From a virus, in IMG/VR virus record IMGVR_UViG_3300007513_000007, positions 1 through 64,000 of that record: a DNA stretch of 64,000 nucleotides. One strand, 5' to 3'. A program made the translations under genes and the position numbers. A model generated the notes under the pieces. The model had not been told where the DNA came from and ran no database searches. It saw only the letters and a list, made by a program, of their open reading frames with translations. Positions 48,028 through 56,869 of the stretch are shown in pieces (the stretch's first letter is position 1; the number at the start of each line of letters is the position of its first letter).

Positions 48028-48483
48028 ATGAAGACACCCTCACCTATCCCTTCGCTCCCAACCGACAGGAAGGGGTTGATTCGCATGGCTTCGGAACTCC
48101 CCCTCGGTGACCGGAAGCGTAGAGCTATCCTGTCTGGGTTGAAGGCTGGCGCTGGGAAGACCGCCAAGATTGACGACGAGGATCTAAACAAGGTTCTCAT
48201 TGTGATGAAGGCTCATGTAAGCAGACGCCCTGACAAGGGTTGGCGGATGATGGCCGCGCCCGAAGACGCGGCTTCTGGGCCAGCCGATTCTGGCATTGTC
48301 GCTGACTGGCTGGGCTGGGGTGGCGGTGCAGCTACAACTGCTTTGAGGGTGCTTCAGAGACAAGGGCTTGTGAACTCTGTAAAGGGCCGCACACGCAAGA
48401 ATCGGTGGTATTTGACCCCCAAGGGTTTGCAAGCGGCGGTGAGGGCGAAGACCACAACGAAACTGGCCCAGAAGAAGCCCTGA
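48028..48483 (+). CDS. tagged winged-helix protein
   Basis: DRKGLIRMASELPLGDRKRRAILSGLKAGAGKTA, then ATTALRVLQRQGLVNSVKG..NRWYLTPKG. Confidence 0.7.
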   Translation: MKTPSPIPSLPTDRKGLIRMASELPLGDRKRRAILSGLKAGAGKTAKIDDEDLNKVLIVMKAHVSRRPDKGWRMMAAPEDAASGPADSGIVADWLGWGGGAATTALRVLQRQGLVNSVKGRTRKNRWYLTPKGLQAAVRAKTTTKLAQKKP

Positions 48484-48490
48484 TTAGAAG

Positions 48491-49582
48491 CTACCCCCAG
48501 ATTTCGTTGAGTGCTTTTTCGTGTTCTGTGGGCAGTATTCCCAGGGCACTCAAGGCCACTGCTTCAGCGAAGTGTTCTTCATCGCTCTTTGAAGAGTACG
48601 GCGTCGGGAAGTTCTTGAGCGCCTTGTTCTGCTTCAGCAGAAACTTGTGGATGTCCCGTACTGGGTGACTTTGCAGGCCGTGGTTTGGGGTGTCGAAGAA
48701 GTATTGCCCGTGTTGGATCATCTTCACCACAGGGCGTTCCTTCATGCCTCGGATCTTCAGGGGGATCTCGTCCCCGACTCCGGGCATGTCGAAATCCGGG
48801 TCCTTGTTCCCGACGTTCCAGTGGTGGTGGTGCCAAGTACGCTTGGCACCCTTGTCAGCAAACTTCTTCCAGTATCGGTGGGCGAGTTCGTGGACCAGGG
48901 CGTGGACCTCATCCATCCCCGTGGCCTTACCCCGGCGAAGGTACATGCTGTCATCCCCCGGCATGTACCAAGCGGCATGGTGCGCTTGGCTGAGTCGGGA
49001 CACGATATGAAGGTCGCCGTATAGGGTCTTGGCGAAGCCTGGAACCGGGTTCTTCTTGGCGAGCTTCTCTGCTCTCTGGATAGCTTTCTTCAGTGCCTCA
49101 AGCTCTGCACCCTCGGCGTTCACCGTGTTGTGGATCCTGAACCTACCCAGCTTGAACAACTCGTCCGTGCCTTCTTGCTTCTCGGGCCAGTTGTAGGCTC
49201 CTCTAATCAGAAGGTCGATCCGCTTTTCGTTCTTGGCCCACCACTTGTAGACATCCTTGGGCATCCGACGGCTGTTGTTGAACAGCCGGTACGCCATTTC
49301 CATGCCCTTTGAATCACGGCGGGGAACACTCCTGGAGGACAGCAAGCCATCCGAAATCCGTGAGCCTTTGTTGATCAAAGCAACCCAGGGACGGTTGGCC
49401 CAGACCCGGACGGTGCGGCTATCACCTGAAAGACCACGATCCTTCCCGTCCTGGACGGCCTTGATGAAATCCTGGCGTGCGATCTCGAACGCATCCAGGT
49501 TGTTCATGATGTCCTGTTCCGTTCCTGCCGCCTGCTTCAAGGAGAAGCGCAGAGCTACTCTGGCCGAATCAGCTTTCATCAT
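48491..49582 (-). CDS. tagged zincin-like metallopeptidase
   Basis: N-terminal DSARVALRFSLKQAA; LVHELAHRYW and PYSSKSDEEHFAEAV motifs. Confidence 0.7.
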   Translation of the reverse strand: MMKADSARVALRFSLKQAAGTEQDIMNNLDAFEIARQDFIKAVQDGKDRGLSGDSRTVRVWANRPWVALINKGSRISDGLLSSRSVPRRDSKGMEMAYRLFNNSRRMPKDVYKWWAKNEKRIDLLIRGAYNWPEKQEGTDELFKLGRFRIHNTVNAEGAELEALKKAIQRAEKLAKKNPVPGFAKTLYGDLHIVSRLSQAHHAAWYMPGDDSMYLRRGKATGMDEVHALVHELAHRYWKKFADKGAKRTWHHHHWNVGNKDPDFDMPGVGDEIPLKIRGMKERPVVKMIQHGQYFFDTPNHGLQSHPVRDIHKFLLKQNKALKNFPTPYSSKSDEEHFAEAVALSALGILPTEHEKALNEIWG

Positions 49583-50208
49583 GGGTCCAGCAACGTGACT
49601 ATGCACCTTCCCTCGAAGGTGGTTCCGATGGGGAAGTTGACTCCATCATTCGGGTTTTGGATGAAGAACACGAACTGGGCAGGCGTAGGCCCAGAGGCCG
49701 CGACGTATGTAACGGAGCAACCCGCGTCGATAGGGCCGATCCCCGTGGAGGCTGAAGCGCCTCCGATTTTGTCGATGTTCCCAGACTGGAGGGTTTCATC
49801 GGTGGCGAAGACGTACTCTCCGATTTCACTGTTGCTGGTGCCTTGGGCCTTCATGTGGACCGTGATTCGACCGCCTACGAAGTCTGAAGCAGTGTAGACG
49901 AGCACCTCGATGTTTTCTTGGACCGCTGTGGAGGTCGTATGGGTGAACTGCTCGCAGAACACCCTGCCGCAGGAGTACACCGAAGCCAACTGATGGACTT
50001 CTGCCCACTGGCGTTCCGTGCCTGGGGTCCCGTCCCCGCTGTGCCCCAGGTTCCTGGTGAGGTTCGCGTCTGGAGTGAGGTCCGATGCGATTGATGCTGT
50101 GACCTCAAGGGTGTCTGTTGCCTCATCGTTCCCGATGGTCATGCTTCCAGGAACATCCAGGTGGTCGATGTCGATCCCGATAGCGTCAGTGATCAATACT
50201 CTGGGCAT
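49579..50208 (-). CDS. probable virion (fibre-like) protein
   Basis: SDLTPDANLTRNLG....W.EVH fibre-type motif with a beta-rich C-terminus; in a late-type operon. Confidence 0.45.
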   Translation of the reverse strand: MPRVLITDAIGIDIDHLDVPGSMTIGNDEATDTLEVTASIASDLTPDANLTRNLGHSGDGTPGTERQWAEVHQLASVYSCGRVFCEQFTHTTSTAVQENIEVLVYTASDFVGGRITVHMKAQGTSNSEIGEYVFATDETLQSGNIDKIGGASASTGIGPIDAGCSVTYVAASGPTPAQFVFFIQNPNDGVNFPIGTTFEGRCIVTLLDP

Positions 50209-50825
50209 CAGGACCTCATAGACCAGCGTAGAGCCACGCTGGCAGCATTAGGGGTGGAAGCCCAGCGCCGAGTCGGATGTCTGCGCCGCCCCCGTGGCTT
50301 TATGGGATTGCGCGGGGGCTTCCTCCGACCGGATTTATCCGTCCAGGAACTCCCGGAGTTGGCGAAGTTGTCTCGCATGTATTTCTCGGCGGCTTCTTCC
50401 GACATGAATGGCCCGTAAGAGGACATGTCCCCTTCGATCTGGTAGCCATCCTCGTCTTCTTGGTAGTCCTCATTATCGACGTACCACTTGCCGTCTGACG
50501 CCTTGTAGAACTCCCGCTCGGTGTTGGTGCTTCCCTTTTTCTTTTTCTTGATCTTGCCCTTCCAGTAGGACTTCGCATCGGAGCGGGCATCAGGGGATTC
50601 TTTCTTGTTCTTCTGACGCCAACCGGGCATCTGCCAGTCAGCAAGGCCACCGCAAAAGGCACCAGGGTTGCTGATGTTGTCGGTCATCTTCTCGATGCAG
50701 TCCCAGACCTTGTGTTCAGGCGTGCCTTTACCCAGCGTCTTCCAGAACTTCTTGACGGACTTATCCGTCCATCCCGGAGGGAGGTTCTTCCATTTCTTGG
50801 CTACGCGGGCAGCGGATGGCTTCAT
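50208..50825 (-). CDS. tagged protein
   Basis: MKPSAARVAKKWK...CIEKM..ISNPGAFC; second segment after KKKKG. Confidence 0.65.
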   Translation of the reverse strand: MKPSAARVAKKWKNLPPGWTDKSVKKFWKTLGKGTPEHKVWDCIEKMTDNISNPGAFCGGLADWQMPGWRQKNKKESPDARSDAKSYWKGKIKKKKKGSTNTEREFYKASDGKWYVDNEDYQEDEDGYQIEGDMSSYGPFMSEEAAEKYMRDNFANSGSSWTDKSGRRKPPRNPIKPRGRRRHPTRRWASTPNAASVALRWSMRS

Positions 50826-50880
50826 GGGATTCCTTCCCCCTTCCGAAAGGATAGGAACCTTACCGTGCCCCAAATAAGAG

Positions 50881-51646
50881 AGGGGGCCACCCTTTCGGAT
50901 GACCCCCTCATGAGGGAACAAACAAGCACACATGCACTTGCTCCCAGCCGTGACCTCCAAGCCTTTTGAGCCTGTCCCCGTTCGGGTTAGGAGTGTGAAC
51001 ACCAGCAAGTAAAGCTGTTCACGACGTTCCTCCCTGTTCTTCGCAGTCTCCTACGACGGAACAGCACGCGATACTGCTGCCTACATTCTGTGTATCGGAG
51101 GGTAAGCTGTACACTTCTCCCTTCCTCCACACGACAACCTTTGATCTCTTGGGAAGATCGCCACTTGCCCCCTTTCGGGACGGTTGCCAGATTGCTCTGA
51201 CAACCAGAGAGGCTTCTGCATTCAGCAGTCCGATTCTGGGGAACAACCCCCTTCCCAAGACTTTGTTCTTGGTTATTGCCCTGCAACCGTTTCCTCAGTG
51301 AATCAGCAAGTCCGAGGATGCCCTTCGCAGCACTCCGACAGTGGAATGTCGGCTCATGCTCTGGACCACTGGGTGATTCTCGGAGCAACCACGCTCCATA
51401 ACTCACCCCCCTTCATAGTCAGGCGGCAGAGTGTGTGAACACCCCTTTCCTGAACAGGGTTCTGGCTACCTCCCGAAGGAGCCGACGACCCGGCAAGGGT
51501 ACGAAGGTTTTAGGACCCGTCAGCAGGGTCCACTCGCCACCCCTGCAAGCAGGAGCTTTGAGATTCGTTGAAACTGTAAAAGAACTATGCCGCTCTATGG
51601 TGACGGCTACCTGTTTTTTGGCGCTCTGCCAGTCATCAATGACTTG
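50881..51646 (-). ncRNA. large structured ncRNA candidate (GOLLD-like)
   Basis: About 770 nt with no credible gene; more than 15 hairpins including UUCG- and GAAA-capped stems; class-A promoter at 51651-51683 points into it; closing stem at 50882-50907. Ends are approximate. Confidence 0.65.
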
Positions 51647-51650
51647 TAAC

Positions 51651-51683
51651 CTCTACGCGGTCACACTACCAAGGGAACCCCCC
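51651..51683 (-). promoter_or_regulatory. class-A promoter facing a non-coding region
   Basis: GGGGGGTTCC-16 nt-CGTAGAG, embedded in the 3' end of the SWIM gene. Confidence 0.7.
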
Positions 51684-52054
51684 CTCAAAACCTTTTCTGC
51701 ATTTTTCAACGCACGCCACGCAGGACGGCCCTTCTTCTCGATCCAACGGTTAGCGACAGCAATAACATGCTTGCACGCTCCAGCACGCCCGTGGTCGGGG
51801 CACGAGCAGCTATGCCGACGTACCGCGTTCCGGTCGATGCTGATGGTCACCATGTAGTCCTGACGGCCCCTACAGAGAGCACGGAGGCCATGCTGACCAT
51901 CCCTGGCCCAAACGATATGGACACCGCTTGCACGGTACACGCGGCCAGTCTCGGACACCTTGATGAGTGCCCGCAGCCCACGCCCACGGTCTTCGACCTG
52001 GGAGATAGCCCACAAGAGGGACTCGGCTGCGCTCTTGGTGATGGTTCCTTTCAT
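51653..52054 (-). CDS. SWIM zinc-finger protein
   Basis: HSCSCPDHGRAGACKHVIAV; GGAGG RBS before MKGT; promoter variant at 52071-52103. Confidence 0.8.
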   Translation of the reverse strand: MKGTITKSAAESLLWAISQVEDRGRGLRALIKVSETGRVYRASGVHIVWARDGQHGLRALCRGRQDYMVTISIDRNAVRRHSCSCPDHGRAGACKHVIAVANRWIEKKGRPAWRALKNAEKVLRGGSLGSVTA

Positions 52055-52073
52055 CGGGACCTCCTGCTCTCCT

Positions 52074-52592
52074 TTACGCGGAAGGAGGGGTATCAGAACC
52101 CCCCTCCGCAGCTTCCGCAGCAATCTTTTTCAGGTACTCGGCACTCGCCTTGGATTCAACGGCTGCATTAGCAACTACGGTGGGGTGATCCTCCCCCATG
52201 TCCTCTGTCACGAACCCTGCATGGACGAACCTCTCGCCATCAGAGTTCACGAGGTGGCTGTCATCGTCACAGTGAAAGTGTGCGTACCAGATGGTCGGGC
52301 CATCCCCTTCCTCAGTACTCCTCGTAGCCTCGAAGTAGGTGGGCTTCTTCAACCCCTCGTACCACTCCTTGACGCCTTCCTCGTTGAAGTGCTCCAGGTA
52401 GAACTCCTGGGGTGCTGCCACGCTCTCATGCAGGGTTCCAGGGAGGGTTTCCATGGTGTGGAAGAAGAACCTCATCACGGAGTCAAGGTTCTGCCACCAT
52501 GTCGTCAGTTCTTCGGCGGTGAAGCCTGTTTCCCAGACCCAATGCCGATAGCCGTATTCTTCTTGGACGTAGACCGTAATGAGGTCGCTCAA
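52074..52592 (-). CDS. hypothetical acidic protein
   Basis: TTG start overlapping the HNH stop, with an AAGGAG RBS. Confidence 0.65.
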   Translation of the reverse strand: MSDLITVYVQEEYGYRHWVWETGFTAEELTTWWQNLDSVMRFFFHTMETLPGTLHESVAAPQEFYLEHFNEEGVKEWYEGLKKPTYFEATRSTEEGDGPTIWYAHFHCDDDSHLVNSDGERFVHAGFVTEDMGEDHPTVVANAAVESKASAEYLKKIAAEAAEGGSDTPPSA

Positions 52593-53104
52593 GGCAGTCT
52601 CCTTGGCTTCGAGAAGTTGGGGCGCTCGACCTCCCGGTATCGCTTTGCCCGACGATCCTTCTGACACGTTCGGCATTTGCGACGGCCCGTAGAAGGACTC
52701 TTCCAGGTGTTCTCCTCCGTGAACTCGTGCCCGTACTTGCAGTGCGTCTTGGCTGCGTTCGTCACAGCGAAGCTCGTACCCCTTCGGGTGTTCTCCTGTG
52801 TGGTGACTGGTTCCATATGGTCGAGATTGCAGCACAGGCGGTTTCTACAAAGGTGGTCGATTTCCAGTGTGGGATCAATGGGACCTCTTTCGAGAACATA
52901 GAGGACCCGATGTGGGGGCAGGTATCGCTTCTTACCGTCTACACAGACGGCGATGTTGCCGTAGCCTTTAGAGGTCTTGGCTCCTGCCCATTCGAGGCAC
53001 CCCGAAGCAGGCCGTTCTACGCACCGGCTTCGTATTCTTTTGGCGTACTTCTCTGGGATTCCAGCATAGTTGGATGCCTTGACCTTTCGCACCGCCCCCT
53101 TCAA
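52589..53104 (-). CDS. HNH endonuclease
   Basis: CLEW..GYG...HRVLY..EIDHLCRNRLCCNLDHMEPVTTQEN, plus C-terminal HCKYGHEF..CRTC. Confidence 0.88.
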   Translation of the reverse strand: MKGAVRKVKASNYAGIPEKYAKRIRSRCVERPASGCLEWAGAKTSKGYGNIAVCVDGKKRYLPPHRVLYVLERGPIDPTLEIDHLCRNRLCCNLDHMEPVTTQENTRRGTSFAVTNAAKTHCKYGHEFTEENTWKSPSTGRRKCRTCQKDRRAKRYREVERPNFSKPRRLP

Positions 53105-53361
53105 GGCTTCTCCTGGGCCTTCTTGGCCTCGTACTCTTCCTTAGCCAGCCCTCCGAGCGCACCGATGCTCCCCAGGAAGTCCTGGAGGTTCTCATCCCCC
53201 CGCTTGGAGCCTGTGAAATAGGCAGGCCCTCCAATGCGGACAGCCTTGTGACCGCCCTTGAAGATGCCTTTCTTCATGGATTCGCGGATCTCTTCGTCAG
53301 TCTCTCCCTCGTAAGGGGAAGTGCCGTCTGCGAATCTACCGTCAGGTCCAAGTACCGCCAT
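53101..53361 (-). CDS. hypothetical protein
   Basis: ATG overlaps the TAA of the upstream gene. Confidence 0.6.
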   Translation of the reverse strand: MAVLGPDGRFADGTSPYEGETDEEIRESMKKGIFKGGHKAVRIGGPAYFTGSKRGDENLQDFLGSIGALGGLAKEEYEAKKAQEKP

Positions 53362-54242
53362 TAGCTTGCAGCCCTCTCTTCTTGCCTCTGCTTGTTGATG
53401 ATGAACCCGCCCAAGACCGAAGGAGTCTTGAGAGGAGGAAGCTCGTCCCAGGTACGTCCGTCCAACGTCCGTCCTGCTGCCTTCTTTCCTACACGGGTTC
53501 CCTGGTCGCCGTACTCCCCCCACTGCTTGAAGTGGAAAGGAATAGCCTCCTGCACGCTCTGATCGCGCAGTCCACGCACCCACTTGACCTCACTCGGACG
53601 AGCCTTGTGACCGCTTTCGCCGCCCACGATGACCCACTCCAGCTTCTTGGCCCAGCTTTTGAGGATGCGAACATTGCCGAGCAGCGGTTCACAACTCAAG
53701 TAGCGAACATGAGCGTTGACTTTGATGAGGTGAGGAACCCTTTCCTTTGCCCACTTCTGGTCCTCTACGGTGACGCCGACCCAAACCTGGGGAGGCAACC
53801 CCTTCGGGAAATAGTGTTTCTGCCACGCCAGGAGCCTCTCTGGCCGCTTTGTGAGGAACATGACTACCTGGGGAGCCTTGCACCCTTTGTCAAGGCTCCT
53901 GACCTCATCAGCGAGCAGTTCCAGTTCTTCCCCCGTGATGTCCAGGCTTTCATGGAAGAGGTCCGTCATCGAACCATAGAAAGTCCGACGAGGCTTCAAA
54001 GCGTTTCGGATCTCCGCGAAGTTCCTACGCCGAATGTTGAGGTCACACTGGACCTTCCCCGTCCACGCAGGCTTCTTCATACTGCCGTTCGTAACCCCGT
54101 CGTATCGAGCATGGTTCCCCATGTTCGCGATGCGAACGGAAAGGGTCATCGCATAGCAGTAAGTACATGCAGGAGAGTTCTTGGAACACCCCGCCTGATC
54201 ATTCATCGTATGAGTAGCCCATTCGATTTTGGTTCGTGCCAT
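53361..54242 (-). CDS. DUF5131 (phage Gp37/Gp68, radical-SAM-like) protein
   Basis: TKIEWAT..GCSKNSPACTYCYA, SMTDLFH, LTKRP, SCEPLLG, WVIVGGESG, FHFKQWG. Confidence 0.9.
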   Translation of the reverse strand: MARTKIEWATHTMNDQAGCSKNSPACTYCYAMTLSVRIANMGNHARYDGVTNGSMKKPAWTGKVQCDLNIRRRNFAEIRNALKPRRTFYGSMTDLFHESLDITGEELELLADEVRSLDKGCKAPQVVMFLTKRPERLLAWQKHYFPKGLPPQVWVGVTVEDQKWAKERVPHLIKVNAHVRYLSCEPLLGNVRILKSWAKKLEWVIVGGESGHKARPSEVKWVRGLRDQSVQEAIPFHFKQWGEYGDQGTRVGKKAAGRTLDGRTWDELPPLKTPSVLGGFIINKQRQEERAAS

Positions 54243-54331
54243 TTTCTCCTACCTCGTAGGTTTGTAGAAAAGGCTGTCTCTTGCAGCCCACAGGCCCTAC
54301 TACACGGAACGCCTCGCAGTAGGACCCCCTC

Positions 54332-54532
54332 CTACCGCCCAGTCTCGTCTACACCTGCGGCTACGAGGCTGCGAGCAAGGCTTTCTTCGTCCTCTGTCAG
54401 AACGATCTCGTTGCCGTTCTCATCCAGGATATGGGTGAAGAACCACTCCCCTCCGCGCAAAGCGAAGGCAACGGTGATGTAGAGGGTTCCCGAGAGGGTT
54501 TCACGCTGAAGCGAAACGGTGGCGTTGTCCAT
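54332..54532 (-). CDS. small hypothetical protein
   Basis: MDNATVSL... with an AGGAG RBS. Confidence 0.55.
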   Translation of the reverse strand: MDNATVSLQRETLSGTLYITVAFALRGGEWFFTHILDENGNEIVLTEDEESLARSLVAAGVDETGR

Positions 54533-54534
54533 GT

Positions 54535-54738
54535 CTACTCCTGGTGGTCTTGGCGACCTTGGGGACGACGATACCGCTTCCGGTTGCGGGTGACGGTGTG
54601 GATGCCACGCCATTGGGCCAAGGTTCCACCAGCCGCGAAGTGGGCAGCACGGTCGAGGCCGCTCTGGGCCTTTCGGTCCCTACGGATACGGTCGGCCCGC
54701 TCACCTTTCTGACGTTGATGTTTGACCTTGCGAGCCAT
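54535..54738 (-). CDS. small basic protein
   Basis: 67 aa, AAGGAGG RBS; class-A promoter at 54754-54787. Confidence 0.65.
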   Translation of the reverse strand: MARKVKHQRQKGERADRIRRDRKAQSGLDRAAHFAAGGTLAQWRGIHTVTRNRKRYRRPQGRQDHQE

Positions 54739-54753
54739 GACGGCCTCCTTGAA

Positions 54754-54787
54754 CCCTCTACGGCTACAGCCACTTCAGGGAACCCCC
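54754..54787 (-). promoter_or_regulatory. class-A phage promoter
   Basis: GGGGGTTCC-16 nt-CGTAGAGGG. Confidence 0.75.
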
Positions 54788-54930
54788 TCAAAAAATCTAA
54801 AAAAGATTGTCCGTCAGCGTCACCAAACCGCGTCTTTGGTTGTGAGGCAGTCAGAAATGTTCGCACCGTGCGTCCTACTTCTGAAAGCCCGGTCATCTAC
54901 CCCGTGTCCCGTTTCAACCTTTCCAATCTC

Positions 54931-55165
54931 CCCCAGAAAACACCCCACCGTTCTACTACTTGAGGAAGCCAAAACCCATGACCTATACCCCCACTTCCGT
55001 TTGATCGTTCTGTACAGAGAGGAGTTCCGGCTCAACTCAAGTGCCGAGGCCCGCCGACCCATGTCCGCGAAAACCGGTTCACGTCGTTCTGTCGGGTGAG
55101 TGTCCGGTTTTCGCGCCGTTGCTCGTCTTTCAACTGTCCCCCAGAAAACACTCCACCGTTCTGTT
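54931..55165. repeat. degenerate ~60-80 bp repeat array, cluster 1
   Basis: CCCCAGAAAACAC(C/T)CCACCGTTCT x2; CCCATGTCC...GTTCTGTCGGGTGAG; four CGTTCT cores. Confidence 0.7.
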
Positions 55166-55315
55166 TAGTGAGAAGCCCATGACCCAATGCCGCGACCCGC
55201 CGTAGAAACCCCAGTGATTAGGGGGGTAAAGAACCCCCCCTGCCATCTCGCTTATCTTCTTGAAATACCTACGGTTTACCCCTTTCTATAACCCCCTTCA
55301 GCACCCGAGTTCAAG

Positions 55316-56038
55316 ATGAAGTTCCACGAACCCCCCACTGCTCACAAGAAGCCCTTTAGTCGCATCATTCATATCCGGGTTCCTACGCGCCCCGAGTTCG
55401 ACTACACGGCTTATGTCCAAGAGTGCGTGGAGCGTGAGGCGGCCAGCTATGAGCGCACCCGTTCTATCCTCTCCTCTATTCGGGATACCGACTACACCGA
55501 GGAGAAGTGGCAGGAGGCCCAAGAGCGCCGCAGGGAAGCCAAGGAAAGGAGCATGAGGTACTACCTGTCGCTCCCTCCTGCGGATCGGTTGCTCCGCGAG
55601 GTGGTGTGGTTCATCAAGGAATACACCACCCAGGGCGGCATCTACGCTGACGAGCATATCCGCATCCGGGAACTCATGGTGGGCCTCTTGAAGAAGATCA
55701 AAGACCACCTGATTGCAGGCCGGGACGAGGAAGCCTTCTATGCTCTCTACTGCATCAGCGGTTTCGAGGGGCTTTGTTGGGAAGAGGAGACAGCGGAGGA
55801 CGGCTACCTCTACTTCTGGTGTCCTTCGGATCTCGAATGGTACACAGACCAGTGGGCTGACGTGGAGTGGCGCTGGGAAACCTGCATCCAGCACACCGAC
55901 GTTCCCGTAGCCCCTCCTATAGCGGCTCCCTCCGGGCACCTTTCCCATCAGCGGGAGTGTGCCGAATGCTTGGCCGCCGACGCTGCGGCCAAGCAGCAGT
56001 TTTACGCGGCCCAGCCCCAGGCTGCGGCGAAAGCCTGA
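55316..56038 (+). CDS. hypothetical protein
   Basis: 240-aa ORF flanked by the two repeat clusters. Confidence 0.7.
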   Translation: MKFHEPPTAHKKPFSRIIHIRVPTRPEFDYTAYVQECVEREAASYERTRSILSSIRDTDYTEEKWQEAQERRREAKERSMRYYLSLPPADRLLREVVWFIKEYTTQGGIYADEHIRIRELMVGLLKKIKDHLIAGRDEEAFYALYCISGFEGLCWEEETAEDGYLYFWCPSDLEWYTDQWADVEWRWETCIQHTDVPVAPPIAAPSGHLSHQRECAECLAADAAAKQQFYAAQPQAAAKA

Positions 56039-56045
56039 ATCAGTT

Positions 56046-56250
56046 GACCCATGTCCGGCTCAAAGGGGCTTTGCGTTCTATCGGGTGAGGGAAGCCCGAA
56101 ACAGCATTTTGTCCACAGGAGAAAACCCCATCGTTCTGTTTGATGAAAGCTCCTGAATCAGAGCCATGTCCACATTGCCAAACCTCCCGGTTCTGTCGGG
56201 TGAGATCGAAAATCTCAAAACACACAGCACACAACACACAGCACACAACA
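56046..56250. repeat. degenerate repeat array, cluster 2, and a CA-rich tandem
   Basis: CCATGTCC...GTTCT(A/G)TCGGGTGAG x2; AGAAAACCCCATCGTTCTGTTT; CACACAGCACACAA x2. Confidence 0.7.
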
Positions 56251-56342
56251 AAGGAGGGCCGCCATGACCAGACGTCACCGCCGCCGCAAAATGCGGTAGG
56301 GAGTGAGACCCACTCCCTGGCTCCGATATACGCCCCGGCCCA

Positions 56343-56816
56343 GTGCCAGCCCAGCGTGAGGGGATGCTCGCGCCAACACCCAATCAAAGGATGATTGTGG
56401 ACCCATACTACGAAATGATAGATGCAGAGAGACCGCTGTTCAGCGTCATCGACTACATCAACCCCCGTACTGGGGCGAGGAATAGTCACCGACCCGGCAT
56501 CTCGCCGGAAATGCGCTGTCTCGGGATTCTGCGGCAGGACGGCACTTACGAGGCCGTTACTGCCCGTGACTACGTTTCTTGGATCAGGCCCATGTCCCCT
56601 CGCAAGTATTTCCCAACAGGGTTGGCTTGCGACCAGAGAATCATGGAGGCGCTCGTACCGCGCTTGAATGAACTCTTTGCGAAGGACAAGTACCCTCCGG
56701 TCACTGCCATGCGGCAAGTCTGGAGACAGGTCTGGCGAGATGCGCTCGATGAGATCGGCTTCACCCGAAAGACTCCCACAGGAGAGTGGTTCGGTGAGCC
56801 GAAGGAAGAGCTTTAG
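56343..56816 (+). CDS. hypothetical protein (start uncertain)
   Basis: 157-aa ORF. Confidence 0.55.
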   Translation: MPAQREGMLAPTPNQRMIVDPYYEMIDAERPLFSVIDYINPRTGARNSHRPGISPEMRCLGILRQDGTYEAVTARDYVSWIRPMSPRKYFPTGLACDQRIMEALVPRLNELFAKDKYPPVTAMRQVWRQVWRDALDEIGFTRKTPTGEWFGEPKEEL

Positions 56817-56869
56817 GTAGCGCCTGGAGCTATGGGAGGCCGCCTTGATTCAGGGCGGCCTCCACTTCA

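Noticed and set aside
43226-51646. Group I or group II introns as the identity of the two structured regions
   Set aside because: Neither interrupts a gene; no paired P7 elements or domain-V hairpin was recognised
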